A DNA stretch of 64,000 bases. It comes from Deltaproteobacteria bacterium (lineage in GTDB: Bacteria; Myxococcota; Kuafuiibacteriia; Kuafuiibacteriales; Kuafuiibacteriaceae). Below, in pieces: positions 20,096 through 29,383 of this stretch (position 1 is the stretch's first letter; the number at the start of each line of letters is the position of its first letter). The notes under the pieces were generated by a model. That model was not told where the DNA came from, searched no databases, and worked only from the letters and a program-made list of their open reading frames with translations. A program made the position numbers and the translations under genes. The stretch is from NCBI GenBank assembly GCA_040218735.1, contig JAVJQW010000062.1, forward strand, positions 341,838-405,837, written 5' to 3'.

Positions 20096-20518
20096 TCAGG
20101 GTGTGCCGGCAGGGCTCGACGGGACGAGGCCTCCGCGGACCTCGTGTCCAGGGCTGGTCGATCGCTGCGGGCCCGTGATGCCGAGCCGACCGCGGACCTC
20201 GAGGCCCGGTCGTGCGGCGCGTCCGACCGCGGGGGCGATCTGGGTTCGGCGAACCTCGATGCGCCCCGGCCCACCGTCGCGCGGGGGCCCTGCGTCGCGG
20301 ACGGTGCCGCCATCGGGCGTGCCTCCGCCGGCGCGCGGCGTGCCGCCGTCGCGGAGCTCTCCGGCGTCGCGCGGAATGCCCGCGTCGTCGCGTTGGCGCT
20401 CGGGTTCTTCGGGGTTCGCGCAGCCGACGGCGAGGCCGCCAGCGAACACAATCGGGAGCAGGAGGCGGAGCAGCCGCACCCATCGAAGTGGGCGTTCGAC
20501 GACAAACGTGACACACAC
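20096..20518 (-). CDS. Small lipoprotein with DAG/DGG linker, co-oriented with the collagen gene
   Basis: Lipobox LAVGC; linker RDDAGIPRDAGELRDGG; ends 15 bp before the collagen start. True start may lie a few codons inside this ORF. Confidence 0.65.
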   Translation of the reverse strand: MCVTFVVERPLRWVRLLRLLLPIVFAGGLAVGCANPEEPERQRDDAGIPRDAGELRDGGTPRAGGGTPDGGTVRDAGPPRDGGPGRIEVRRTQIAPAVGRAARPGLEVRGRLGITGPQRSTSPGHEVRGGLVPSSPAGTP

Positions 20519-20556
20519 GTTGTCGTTTGATCGACGAAGCGTTCGGCGCCGGGACC

Positions 20557-21423
20557 TCAGGCGCGGGCGAGCTCGGCGTCGAGCAAACGCAGCATCGCGT
20601 CGAGTGACTCGAAGCTCGCGGCGCGGGCGAGCGGGCGATGCAGCGCGTGGTACTGCACGAGCGGTGCACCGCGCAGCGGAATCGCCTTCATCCCGCGAGG
20701 TGCAGCGCAGAAGTCGTTCACGACCGTCAGCCCTACGCCCAACTTCGCAAAGGCGAGGAGCGGCGCCCAGCCCGTCGCTTCGACCGCGACCTCCAGCTCG
20801 ACGTCGTTCGACGCGAACATGTGTTCCAACATCGAACGGTGCGGGCGCCCGCGCGGTGGCACCACGAGCGGCTCCCCCTCGAGGTCCTGCACCCGGAGCC
20901 GCCGGCGACGCGCGAGCCGATGATCGCGTGGGACGACGACGACCTGCCCCACCCGACAGAGCGGTTGGCTGACGAGGTCGTCGGGCGGCGCGTTCGTCGC
21001 GACCACGGCGAGGTGCGCCTGGGCGGCCCTCACCTCTTCGATCGCCGCCGGCCCGCCGAGGGTCTTCAACCTGAGCGGCCAGCGATGTTTCGGGAACCGC
21101 CGGATCGCGGCGCCGAGGAGGTAGACCAGCGCGCCCTGCCCCGACGCGAGGACGAGGGGCCCGGTCGGCGCGCCGGTCAGCTCGGCGACGAGGTCCTCGC
21201 CCTGCGCCTTCACCTGCCGGCCAAAGGCGGCGAGGCGCTCCCCTTCGGGGGTCAGCCGAAGGTTTCGCCCCTCCTTGAGATAGAGCGGGCGGCCCACGGC
21301 CTCGGTGAGCTTCTTCACCTGCACGTGCAAGGCGGGTTGCGAGATGTGGAGCGACTCCGCCGCGCGCGTGAAGTTGGTGTGCTCCGCGAACTCGACGAAC
21401 GAGAACAGCCAGTCGTAGTTCAT
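20557..21423 (-). CDS. LysR-family transcriptional regulator
   Basis: NFTRAAESLHISQPAL HTH and 'LRLTPEGE'. Confidence 0.95.
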   Translation of the reverse strand: MNYDWLFSFVEFAEHTNFTRAAESLHISQPALHVQVKKLTEAVGRPLYLKEGRNLRLTPEGERLAAFGRQVKAQGEDLVAELTGAPTGPLVLASGQGALVYLLGAAIRRFPKHRWPLRLKTLGGPAAIEEVRAAQAHLAVVATNAPPDDLVSQPLCRVGQVVVVPRDHRLARRRRLRVQDLEGEPLVVPPRGRPHRSMLEHMFASNDVELEVAVEATGWAPLLAFAKLGVGLTVVNDFCAAPRGMKAIPLRGAPLVQYHALHRPLARAASFESLDAMLRLLDAELARA

Positions 21424-21430
21424 CTCGAAG

Positions 21431-21456
21431 CTATCGTATCAAGTTATAGTCGATAC
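21431..21456. promoter_or_regulatory. Putative LysR binding site in the divergent promoter
   Basis: AT-rich spacer with dyads CTAT-N11-ATAG (21431-21449, T-N11-A) and GTATC-N11-GATAC (21436-21456). Confidence 0.45.
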
Positions 21457-21502
21457 CCAATGAATAGTTCTCGACGATGACTTCGGACCCTACGTTCGCC
21501 GC

Positions 21503-22081
21503 ATGACGAACGAACACATACTCGGATTGGATTTTGGCAAGGTCATCATCGGCGCCGTGAAGGGTGGTAAGGCGGACACGAGCTTCTTGGGCTCCACGTT
21601 CGAACGCGCGATGGCGACGCCCCCCACGGACGGCGCCTTCGAGGCGGTCGCCCGCCTGGTCGACGCGTTCGAAGGGCGCGTGTGGATCATCTCGAAGTGC
21701 GGCGAGTCCGTGCAGAACAAGACACTCGGCTGGCTGAGTCGCTGGGGCTTCTACGCCTCGACGGGGCTCGTGAAGGGCAACGTCCGCTTCTGCCGAAAGC
21801 GCCCCGAGAAGGCCCCGATCTGTCGGCAGCTCGGCGTCACACACTTCGTCGACGATAGGCTGGACGTGCTGCGTCCGATGCTCGGTGTGGTTCCGAACCT
21901 CTTCCTCTTCGGGGAGCAGGCCGAGGCCACCTGCCCGTCGTGGGCCGTGGCGGTGCCGGACTGGCCCGCGACGGTGGAGGCTGTCCTCGGGGCCGGGCGA
22001 TCGGAGCGCGACGATGCGGTAACCTCTCCCGTCGGCCGTCCCCGGAACGCGCCCTCGCCCGAAGCGAAGCGAACCCCGTGA
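21503..22081 (+). CDS. HAD-superfamily-like hypothetical protein, divergent from LysR
   Basis: 'LGLDFGKVI', 'IISK', 'KAPIC...THFVDDRLDVL'; the second Asp of DxD is replaced by Gly. Confidence 0.6.
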   Translation: MTNEHILGLDFGKVIIGAVKGGKADTSFLGSTFERAMATPPTDGAFEAVARLVDAFEGRVWIISKCGESVQNKTLGWLSRWGFYASTGLVKGNVRFCRKRPEKAPICRQLGVTHFVDDRLDVLRPMLGVVPNLFLFGEQAEATCPSWAVAVPDWPATVEAVLGAGRSERDDAVTSPVGRPRNAPSPEAKRTP

Positions 22082-22094
22082 CTCCGCTAAGCCC

Positions 22095-22880
22095 TTGCAG
22101 ATGACAACGCGAACCCTTGGAGCCCTGGTCGCCCTGACGATCGCTGCACCGGCGTGGGCCGCGGTGCCCGCCGAGGACGAAGAGGCGGCCTACCCGCTCC
22201 GCTTCGTCGAGCGGCCGCTGACGTTGCCGCGGCACGGGCTCCTCCTCGGTGCGACGGTCCCCGTCATTCGCGCGCCACGCCCCGATGGCTCGGTTCAGCG
22301 CGTCGTCGGCCTCGCCGTCAACGGCGCGTTCGGCGTAACCGACGACTTCGCGGTCAGCGTGAGCCCCGTCGTGCTCCAGCTCGCGCCGGAGCCCCTCGTG
22401 GGCGATGCGTCGCTGGCGGCGCGTTACCGCCTCCGCGGCCGAGGTGCGGTCGAGGTCGCCCTGACGCTGAGCCTCCAGCTTCCGTTTCAAGACGACTTCC
22501 TGGCGACACCGCAGGTGAACGTCCGAATTCACGGCGGCGACGTCTTCGCCCTCGACACCGGCGCCCTCCTCGAGTTCCGGTTCAGCGATCCCTCCGTCAT
22601 CGCCTTTGCGATCCCGATCCGCCCGACCGTCCAGCTCTCGGACCACCTCTTCGCCGGTATCAACACGGGCCTGGTCGTCGCCACGCTCGATCGCCCCGGC
22701 GACAGCCTGTACTTCCCGCTCGCCTTCGACGTGGGCGTGACCCTCGGAGACGAACGGCCCCTCTGCGATCTCACCGCCGCCGTCGAGTTCCCGCTCTTCT
22801 GGATTCCGGCCGCCGACGACAGCCTCGTCACGGAGCTCTACATCCTCCGCCTCTCCGCGAGCTTCTACTTCTTCCTCTGA
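22095..22880 (+). CDS. Exported hypothetical protein, probable outer-membrane beta-barrel
   Basis: Signal peptide; 'ERPLTLPR'; alternating hydrophobic strands; aromatic C-terminus SFYFFL. Confidence 0.6.
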   Translation: MQMTTRTLGALVALTIAAPAWAAVPAEDEEAAYPLRFVERPLTLPRHGLLLGATVPVIRAPRPDGSVQRVVGLAVNGAFGVTDDFAVSVSPVVLQLAPEPLVGDASLAARYRLRGRGAVEVALTLSLQLPFQDDFLATPQVNVRIHGGDVFALDTGALLEFRFSDPSVIAFAIPIRPTVQLSDHLFAGINTGLVVATLDRPGDSLYFPLAFDVGVTLGDERPLCDLTAAVEFPLFWIPAADDSLVTELYILRLSASFYFFL

Positions 22881-24661
22881 TCCGCGACGCTGACCCGCAC
22901 CGCCTCCACGGCACGATCCAAACCCTTGAGCTCGGCGGGGTACGGCGCCGAGTAGCTCAGCGCCCCGAGGTCCGCCTCGCCCTGCGCACGCTCCGCGAGC
23001 TCCTTGGCGACGACGACCTCGCTCTTGTCCGCCTGCCCCTGCAGGCGCGCGGCGATGTTCACCGTCTGACCGAAGTAGTCGAGCACGCCGTTCGCGGTCA
23101 CCGCGTAACACGCGCCGGCGTAGACGCCGATCTTCAGCTCGACCCCCTCGGCCTCCGCTCGGCCCTCGACGAACGCGGGCCACGCCTCGAGCATCGCGAC
23201 CGCGGCGCGCACCGCCGCGAGCTCGTCGACGAAGACCGCCATCACGGCGTCGCCGATCGTCTTCACCACGGCGCCGTCGTGCGCGCCGATCGCGCTGCTG
23301 AGGAGATCGAAGTGGTCCTGCACCAGCCGAAACGCAGCGGCGTCCCCCTCGCGGGTGTACAGCTGGGTCGACGCGGACAGGTCGGAGAACAACAGCGACG
23401 CACACCCGATCCGCACCGAAGCGCCGGGGCGCAGGACGTCGTTCGAGAACTGCTGCCGGTAGGTGGCGATCGTGCCGACGTCGTACGCGGTCGCGGCGGC
23501 GCTCGCCCACTCCAGACGTTCGAGCTTCACGTGTCGGGCGGACCCCGCGCGCTCCGCGACCAAGATCGTACCGCCCGGCGCGACCGCGATGTGCCCGGGC
23601 TCGAACGCGTCGGCCAGCGCCACCGTCACCGACTCGGGCGCGCCGTCTGCGATGTCGATGCTCGTCACCGCCCCGCCGCGCGCGAACAACCGGTGACGCT
23701 TCACCTCCGTCGGCGCGACGAAGCGAACCTCGCCGTGGGCGTCGAGCACGGTCTGCGCGAGGACGTGCGGCATCGTGGCGGGGCCGCCCGAGCAGAACTG
23801 CGCCTCGGGGACCTCGCGGACCACGGGCGCCGGCGCGAAGATCGCCTCGACGGCGCGGTCGAGCTCGACGCCGAACGACAGGTCACACAGATCGCAGTGG
23901 CCCTCCTCGCCCAGGTCGGCGAGCCCCGTGAGCTGCTCCGAGCCGATGCGACAGCTCGGGCACACGACGTTCCACGTCAGCTCGAGCACCCCCGCGACGA
24001 CGCTCGCCAGGCACAGCTCGAGCACGTCGCGGCGCGGTGCACCCCAGGCGTCGGCGAGCGCGTACGGACGGAGCCGCCGCGCCGCGTGGTCGGGCGCGGT
24101 GCGCAGCACCTCGACGAGCTCCGGCACCCACTTCTTGGCGTCGTCGCTGATGTCGAGCTTCTTCACCGCGGCGGCGAGCGGACGCTCCTTGAGCGCGTCG
24201 ACGATCGGCGGCGGCGCACCGGCGAACATCCGTTCGTCGATGCGGACGATCGCGTTTTCGACCTGCCGGAGCGCCGCGCCGAGGAACGGACCGAGCACCA
24301 GCGACACCGCGCCGCCGCGCGGTTCGATGCGCATCGCGTAGGTGACGTCGGTGCCCCCTTCGGCGCGGTCGTCGAAGGTCACGTCGATCTCGAGCCAGGC
24401 GATCGGCCCGCTGATGAGCTCGCGGCGCACGCCGTAGCGGCGCCCTTCGACCCACTCGAACGGACGCTCGCGCCACTCCGCGGGGAACGGTCCGAGGTGG
24501 GACTTCACGACGTGGCGCGCGACGCCGTCCGCGCTCGCTTCCGCGCGGATCTCCATCGGCGGCATCTGCGCTTCGCGGTTGAAGCGTTCGGTGTCGGCGA
24601 TGACCTCCCAGAGCTCCGCCCGGCCGGAGCGGCACGGGATGTGGGCCGTTCGCTCGAGCAC
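22865..24661 (-). CDS. Class III adenylate/guanylate cyclase with N-terminal SRPBCC-like and DUF5939-like (CxxC..CxxC) domains
   Basis: FSDLSAST, VKTIGDAVMA, DYFGQTVNIAARL; CPSC and CDLC. Start uncertain (24661 or 24700). Confidence 0.85.
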   Translation of the reverse strand: MLERTAHIPCRSGRAELWEVIADTERFNREAQMPPMEIRAEASADGVARHVVKSHLGPFPAEWRERPFEWVEGRRYGVRRELISGPIAWLEIDVTFDDRAEGGTDVTYAMRIEPRGGAVSLVLGPFLGAALRQVENAIVRIDERMFAGAPPPIVDALKERPLAAAVKKLDISDDAKKWVPELVEVLRTAPDHAARRLRPYALADAWGAPRRDVLELCLASVVAGVLELTWNVVCPSCRIGSEQLTGLADLGEEGHCDLCDLSFGVELDRAVEAIFAPAPVVREVPEAQFCSGGPATMPHVLAQTVLDAHGEVRFVAPTEVKRHRLFARGGAVTSIDIADGAPESVTVALADAFEPGHIAVAPGGTILVAERAGSARHVKLERLEWASAAATAYDVGTIATYRQQFSNDVLRPGASVRIGCASLLFSDLSASTQLYTREGDAAAFRLVQDHFDLLSSAIGAHDGAVVKTIGDAVMAVFVDELAAVRAAVAMLEAWPAFVEGRAEAEGVELKIGVYAGACYAVTANGVLDYFGQTVNIAARLQGQADKSEVVVAKELAERAQGEADLGALSYSAPYPAELKGLDRAVEAVRVSVADQRKK

Positions 24662-24668
24662 CTCGCTC

Positions 24669-25088
24669 TCAGTCTTGGTACGCCCTGCCCCTCGGCGCAA
24701 GGACCGGCCGCGGGTTGAAGACCCGGCCCGCCAGCCAGGCGCCGAACAGCATCCCGCCGAGCGTGAGGAGCGCCGCGAGCTGACCCGCGCCGAGCTGCGC
24801 GATGACGATGCCCGGGCACGCGCCGGTGATGGCCCAGCCGACGCCGAAGAGCACGGAGCCGGGGACGACGCCCCCGTGCATCGGTTTCGCGGGGCGCCGC
24901 CCGGGGCGCTTCGCGGTGAGGCGGAAGCCGACGTAGGCGAGCGCGACCGCGCCGCCGAACGTGAAGACGAGGCGCAGGTCGGTGAGGAGGAACATCGCGT
25001 GGACCTCGCCGAAGTCCGCGAAGCCGATCCGCGTGAGCGCGAACCCGAGCGCGAGGCCCATGGCGGCGTTGAAGAGCAGCGTCTTCAC
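24669..25088 (-). CDS. YeeE/YedE-family sulfur-compound transporter subunit
   Basis: 'GSVLFGVGWAITGACPG'. Confidence 0.85.
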   Translation of the reverse strand: MKTLLFNAAMGLALGFALTRIGFADFGEVHAMFLLTDLRLVFTFGGAVALAYVGFRLTAKRPGRRPAKPMHGGVVPGSVLFGVGWAITGACPGIVIAQLGAGQLAALLTLGGMLFGAWLAGRVFNPRPVLAPRGRAYQD

Positions 25089-25540
25089 GACAGCACCTCC
25101 AGCAGGTGGGAGGCGACGATGCCGACGCCGAAGAACGTCGCGGTCGCCACGAGGCTACCGGGTTGCAGGCGCGAGGTCCCGCAAAGGCCGTGGCCGCTCG
25201 TGCAGCCCCGCGCCCAACGGGTGCCGAAGCCGGTGAGCGCGCCGCCGAACACGAGCGCGAAGATCGCGATCGGCCCGTCGCCGATGACGCGTTCGTACTC
25301 CGGGCCGAGGTCGAACGTTGGCGCGGATCCAGCGGCGAGCGCCGCGCCGACGAACAGCGCGACGAGGAAGGTGAGGTGCGGCGCGACGTTCTTGGCGTTG
25401 CCGGCGAGCGCGTCGACGAGGCGCGCGACGCTCCCCGACACACCGAGCAAACGACCAATGAGGACGGAGTGAAGGACGGCGATCGCAGCGAGCGCACCCG
25501 CACCGATCCACCACGACCAATAGAGTTGATTCGAATCCAC
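25085..25540 (-). CDS. YeeE/YedE-family sulfur-compound transporter subunit
   Basis: 'GRLLGVSG' and 'GFGTRWARGCTSGHGLCG'. Confidence 0.88.
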   Translation of the reverse strand: MDSNQLYWSWWIGAGALAAIAVLHSVLIGRLLGVSGSVARLVDALAGNAKNVAPHLTFLVALFVGAALAAGSAPTFDLGPEYERVIGDGPIAIFALVFGGALTGFGTRWARGCTSGHGLCGTSRLQPGSLVATATFFGVGIVASHLLEVLS

Positions 25541-25763
25541 GAGAAACCTCCGGTGACGACGAGACGAGGGACGTCGAGTGCCCGAGCCGGAGGGTGATGC
25601 GCTTCTACGTCACGACGCCGCACACTCCGACCGGGCCCGTACAGGAGCAACAGGTCCAAGCGGCTGTGCTGGCGAGACGAAGGTCCACCGTGGAGGGAGC
25701 GTGCCGAAGCGGCGCGGCGAGCGCAACGGGCCAACCGCGCATAGGCGGGCTCGGGGCGGGCTA

Positions 25764-25802
25764 GAAACACAAAAGGCCCCGGAACGCTCGGTTCCGGGGC
25801 CC
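25764..25802 (-). terminator. Rho-independent terminator of the tRNA operon
   Basis: Minus strand reads GGCCCCGGAAC-cgagc-GTTCCGGGGCC followed by TTTTGTGTTT, just after tRNA-Lys. Confidence 0.85.
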
Positions 25803-25811
25803 CTGTGCCTT

Positions 25812-25884
25812 TGAGGGTAGAGGGAATCGAACCCCCAACCTATGGATTAAGAGTCCATTGCTCTGCCAATTGAGCTATACCCCC
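25812..25884 (-). tRNA. tRNA-Lys(CTT)
   Basis: GGGGGTATAGCTCAATTGGCAGAGC-ATGGA-CT-CTT-AA-TCCAT...GGTTCGATTCC...TACCCTCA; CCA not encoded. Confidence 0.96.
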
Positions 25885-25943
25885 GCGGTCTGTGCGTCGT
25901 GCTCTTACTTTCGTTTGGACGATGCATCAACCAAAAAAGGCAG

Positions 25944-26017
25944 GGTGACTGACGGGGCTTGAACCCGCGACCTATGGAACCACAATCCACCGCTCTACCA
26001 ACTGAGCTACAGCCACC
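25944..26017 (-). tRNA. tRNA-His(GTG)
   Basis: G(-1)GTGGCTGTAGCTCAGTTGGTAGAGC...TT-GTG-GT...GGTTCAAGCCC...CAGTCACC. Confidence 0.96.
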
Positions 26018-26085
26018 GTTCGCTACGAAAGCGTCGGTTCGTCTACGTGACTTTGCTGGCGCGAGTCCAGACTTTTTGAAGAGCG

Positions 26086-26159
26086 CGCCCGAGAGAGGAT
26101 TCGAACCCCTGACCGTCGGCTTAGAAGGCCGCTGCTCTATCCACCTGAGCTACTCGGGC
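26086..26159 (-). tRNA. tRNA-Arg(TCT)
   Basis: GCCCGAGTAGCTCAGGTGGATAGAGC...CT-TCT-AA...GGTTCGAATCC...CTCGGGCG. Confidence 0.96.
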
Positions 26160-26320
26160 TTCGTCGCGCTTGAAGGGCGCGACCCGCCCGACGCAACCAC
26201 AGTCGCGTCGAGCTTGTCGACTAGCTTCGAGGGCGCCCAGACCGGCGCGCCGAGGGCGGCGCGCCAAGATGCGATACGCGGGTCTTTCGAGGTTGCCTAC
26301 GACACGGGCTGAAAAGTGAA

Positions 26321-26395
26321 TCGGGGCGAGAAGATTCGAACTTCCGACCCCCTGCTCCCAAAGCAGGTGCGCTGACCAGACTGCGCCACGCCCCG
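26321..26395 (-). tRNA. tRNA-Pro(TGG)
   Basis: CGGGGCGTGGCGCAGTCTGGTCAGCGC...TT-TGG-GA...AGTTCGAATCT...CGCCCCGA. Confidence 0.96.
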
Positions 26396-26444
26396 TTGGA
26401 TCCGTCGCGAAACGGCCGACGAGAGCCTGAGCGATCACCTGCGA

Positions 26445-27026
26445 CTAGTCGAGCGAAAAATGGCCTTCGAGGTGCGGGCGCATCTTCGCGAGCGCGCGGC
26501 CGCGGTGCGAGCGGGCGTTCTTCTCGGCGACCGACAGCTGCGCCATCGTGCGCCCGTCGTCGACGACGAAGACCGGGTCGTAGCCGAAGCCCCCATCACC
26601 GACGGGCTCGGTGCCGATGGTGCCCTCGCACTTGCCCTCCTCGACGTGCGTCGGTGCGTCGGGGATCGCGAGCGCCATCGCACAGACGAAACGAGCGGCG
26701 CGTTCCTGCACGCCTTCGAGGTTCGTGAGGAGGTGGAGGTAACGATCCCGGTCCGTCCCGGGCGCGTACCGGGCGGAACGCACGCCGGGGGCGCCGTCGA
26801 GGGCGTCGACCACGAGCCCCGAGTCATCGGCGAGCGCCGGGACGCCGAGGACCTTCGCGACGTGCTCGGCCTTGAGGATCGCGTTGGCCGCGAACGTCGC
26901 GCCGGTCTCCTCCGGCATCTCGATCGAAGGGTGGTCCTTCAGGGTCTGGACCTGGACGTCGGGGAGCGCCGCGCGGATCTCGACGACCTTGCCTTCGTTC
27001 GAGGTCGCGACGACGAGCCGCTTCAC
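26445..27026 (-). CDS. rdgB: dITP/XTP pyrophosphatase (Ham1 family)
   Basis: [34 protein letters not shown]; GTG start overlaps the rph stop. Confidence 0.95.
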   Translation of the reverse strand: MKRLVVATSNEGKVVEIRAALPDVQVQTLKDHPSIEMPEETGATFAANAILKAEHVAKVLGVPALADDSGLVVDALDGAPGVRSARYAPGTDRDRYLHLLTNLEGVQERAARFVCAMALAIPDAPTHVEEGKCEGTIGTEPVGDGGFGYDPVFVVDDGRTMAQLSVAEKNARSHRGRALAKMRPHLEGHFSLD

Positions 27027-27754
27027 TTCGCCTTCCACGCCTCGAGCGCGGCCGCCTGCGCCTGCACGAGCGCCTCGATCCCCTTGCGCCCGACGTCGAG
27101 CATCTTGTCGAGCTCGGCGCGGGTGAACGGCGTCCCCTCGGCGGTGCCCTGCACTTCGACGATCCCGCCGTCGCCGGTCATCACGAGGTTGAGGTCGGTG
27201 TCGACGGCCTGGTCCTCCTTGTAGTCGAGGTCGAGGAGCACCTCGCCGTCCTTGATCCCGATCGACACCGCGGTGACGTGCTCCTTCACCGGATTCTTGC
27301 CGACGGCCCCACGATCCTCGAGGCCCTTCATCGCCATCGACATCGCGACCCACGCCCCAGTGATCGCCGCGGTCCGGGTGCCGCCGTCGGCCTGGATGAC
27401 GTCGCAGTCGAGGGTGACCTTGCGCTCGCCGAGCTTCACGAGGTCGACGCCGGCCCGCAGGGAGCGCCCGATGAGCCGGGAGATCTCGTGCGTCCGCCCG
27501 CCGACGCGCCCCTGCAGCGACTCGCGCCCGTTCCGGGTGTCGGTCGAGCGCGGCAACATCGCGTACTCCGCGGTGACCCAGCCCCGCCCCTGGTCGCGCA
27601 TCCACCCCGGGACGCGCTCCTCGACGGTGGCGTTACAGAGGACCTTGGTGTCCCCGAAGCAGCAGAGCACGGAGCCCTCCGCCCACTTCGTGTAGTCGCA
27701 GATGATCTCGACCTTGCGCAGCTCGTCCGTTGCGCGGTCCTTCCTGGAAGCCAT
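27023..27754 (-). CDS. rph: Ribonuclease PH
   Basis: [46 protein letters not shown]. Confidence 0.97.
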   Translation of the reverse strand: MASRKDRATDELRKVEIICDYTKWAEGSVLCCFGDTKVLCNATVEERVPGWMRDQGRGWVTAEYAMLPRSTDTRNGRESLQGRVGGRTHEISRLIGRSLRAGVDLVKLGERKVTLDCDVIQADGGTRTAAITGAWVAMSMAMKGLEDRGAVGKNPVKEHVTAVSIGIKDGEVLLDLDYKEDQAVDTDLNLVMTGDGGIVEVQGTAEGTPFTRAELDKMLDVGRKGIEALVQAQAAALEAWKAK

Positions 27755-27851
27755 GGGGGCGGGACCGTACTACGCCACTCCCAGCCCGCAAAGCCGGACC
27801 TGAGGCGTTCGTCGGTGGCGAACCGTGTGCCCCCTCCCCTACGCTTCCCCC

Positions 27852-29381
27852 ATGCCCCGCGAGATCGACGCGCGCTCCCCCGTCCGCCACGTCGCGCTGC
27901 GCACCGCCGATCCCGTCACCTCCACGAGCACGGAGCCGACCGCACCGAACACCACGCGCATCGGCGGCCTCCTCGCGCGCGCCCCCGCGCAACAGATCTC
28001 CCGCTCCCCCGCCGCCCTCCGCGACGGCGAAGCCGCGGCGAACCTGCTCACCGACAAACTCTCCTACGACGTCTTCGACTGGGCCGTGACCCACCGCGAG
28101 CTGCGCGCCTCGCTCGAAGCGCTCCGCGGGCTCGACGAAGGCGCGCTCGCGACGGTGGTCGATCGCGTCGATCCGAAGCTCCTGTCACGCCTCACCGACA
28201 AGGCCTCTGGCCAGCTCGCCACCACCTACGCCGAAACACTCGAACGCCTCGCCGCCGCCCGCAACGCGCCGAGCCCCGATCCGCAAGACGTCGACGCCAC
28301 CGAGCTCGAGCTCGCCCGCACCCTCGACGGCTTCCTCGTCCTCGACCTCGTCGACGAGGACGAAGCCCGACAAGCCATCGACCGCCTCCGCGCCCTCGCG
28401 CCCGCCGACCGCGAACGTGTCCTCGACAGCCTCGGGCCGAGCAAGACGTACCGGATGATCGACAACCTCTCGAAGGCCGACCAAGCCACCTTCGCGCCGA
28501 CGATTGCCGCCGCCAAACAAACCTTCTTCGGTTGGATGCTCCGCGAGAGCCAAGCCATCGGCCTCGGCCCGAAGGACACCACGGCGGATCTGCAAACCCT
28601 CCTCGCCGACGTCGCCGCCGGGCGCGCCGAACACCCCGCGGACCTCGGCGACTACGTCTACTTCGCCGTCCCCGGCCTCGTGACCGAGCACCAACCCGGG
28701 TACTTCGACGCCAACGTCGAACACCTCGAATCCCTCGGCCTCGAAGTGGCGCGCTCCAAGATCGACACCGACGCCGACGTCGAAGTGAACGCCGCCCAGC
28801 TCCGCCGCGAGATCCAAGAGCTCGCCGCGCAGACGGGCAAGAAGGTCGTCGTCCTCTCCCACAGCAAAGGCGGCCCCGACGCCGCCGAGGCGCTCCAAGA
28901 CGAAGCCACCGAAGCGTGCTGCCACCGCTTCATCGCGATGCAACCCGCGATGGCGACCCCCGTCGCGAGCACCCTGATGCGCTCCAACTTCGGCGACATG
29001 ATCCGCGACGCCTTCACCGATATCCTCGGCGCCTCCACCGGCGAGGCGCTCGCGCACCTCGGCTTCGGCCCCGCGAAGGCGCGCTTCCTGAGGAGCCGCC
29101 CGCTCGCGGTCAAGACGCTCACCCTCGCCTCCACCGTCGGCGAGCACTTCTCCACGTTGCGCGCCGTCGCGGAGCTCATGCGCGACCGCTACGGCGCCGA
29201 CTCCGACGGCCTCGTCACCCTCGACGAGCAGTTCGTCCCCGGCCAGCAAGCGTTCCGCGCCGTCCTCGACGGCGTCGACCACACCGCGCCGTGCTCACGC
29301 CCCCTCCCGGGGACGCCGGCGCTCCGCTACGACCAGGGCGTCCTCACCGAAGCCCTCGTCCTCCTCGCGCTGCGTTTGTAA
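27852..29381 (+). CDS. Alpha/beta-hydrolase (lipase-like) with a long helical N-terminal extension
   Basis: 'VPGL' oxyanion region, 'LSHSKGG' nucleophile elbow, 'SDGLV', 'DH'. Confidence 0.65.
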   Translation: MPREIDARSPVRHVALRTADPVTSTSTEPTAPNTTRIGGLLARAPAQQISRSPAALRDGEAAANLLTDKLSYDVFDWAVTHRELRASLEALRGLDEGALATVVDRVDPKLLSRLTDKASGQLATTYAETLERLAAARNAPSPDPQDVDATELELARTLDGFLVLDLVDEDEARQAIDRLRALAPADRERVLDSLGPSKTYRMIDNLSKADQATFAPTIAAAKQTFFGWMLRESQAIGLGPKDTTADLQTLLADVAAGRAEHPADLGDYVYFAVPGLVTEHQPGYFDANVEHLESLGLEVARSKIDTDADVEVNAAQLRREIQELAAQTGKKVVVLSHSKGGPDAAEALQDEATEACCHRFIAMQPAMATPVASTLMRSNFGDMIRDAFTDILGASTGEALAHLGFGPAKARFLRSRPLAVKTLTLASTVGEHFSTLRAVAELMRDRYGADSDGLVTLDEQFVPGQQAFRAVLDGVDHTAPCSRPLPGTPALRYDQGVLTEALVLLALRL

Positions 29382-29383
29382 CG

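Noticed and set aside
22865-24661. Cyclase as part of a CBASS/Pycsar-type defence system
   Set aside because: It is an ordinary class III signalling cyclase architecture with no adjacent effector gene.
17557-25884. Genomic island integrated at tRNA-Lys
   Set aside because: No integrase, no duplicated tRNA 3' end seen and no evident compositional shift.
25812-26395. tRNAs lacking encoded CCA
   Set aside because: Common in many bacteria; CCA is added post-transcriptionally.
25959-26438. ORFs 25959-26312 and 26121-26438
   Set aside because: They overlap tRNA genes and are spurious.
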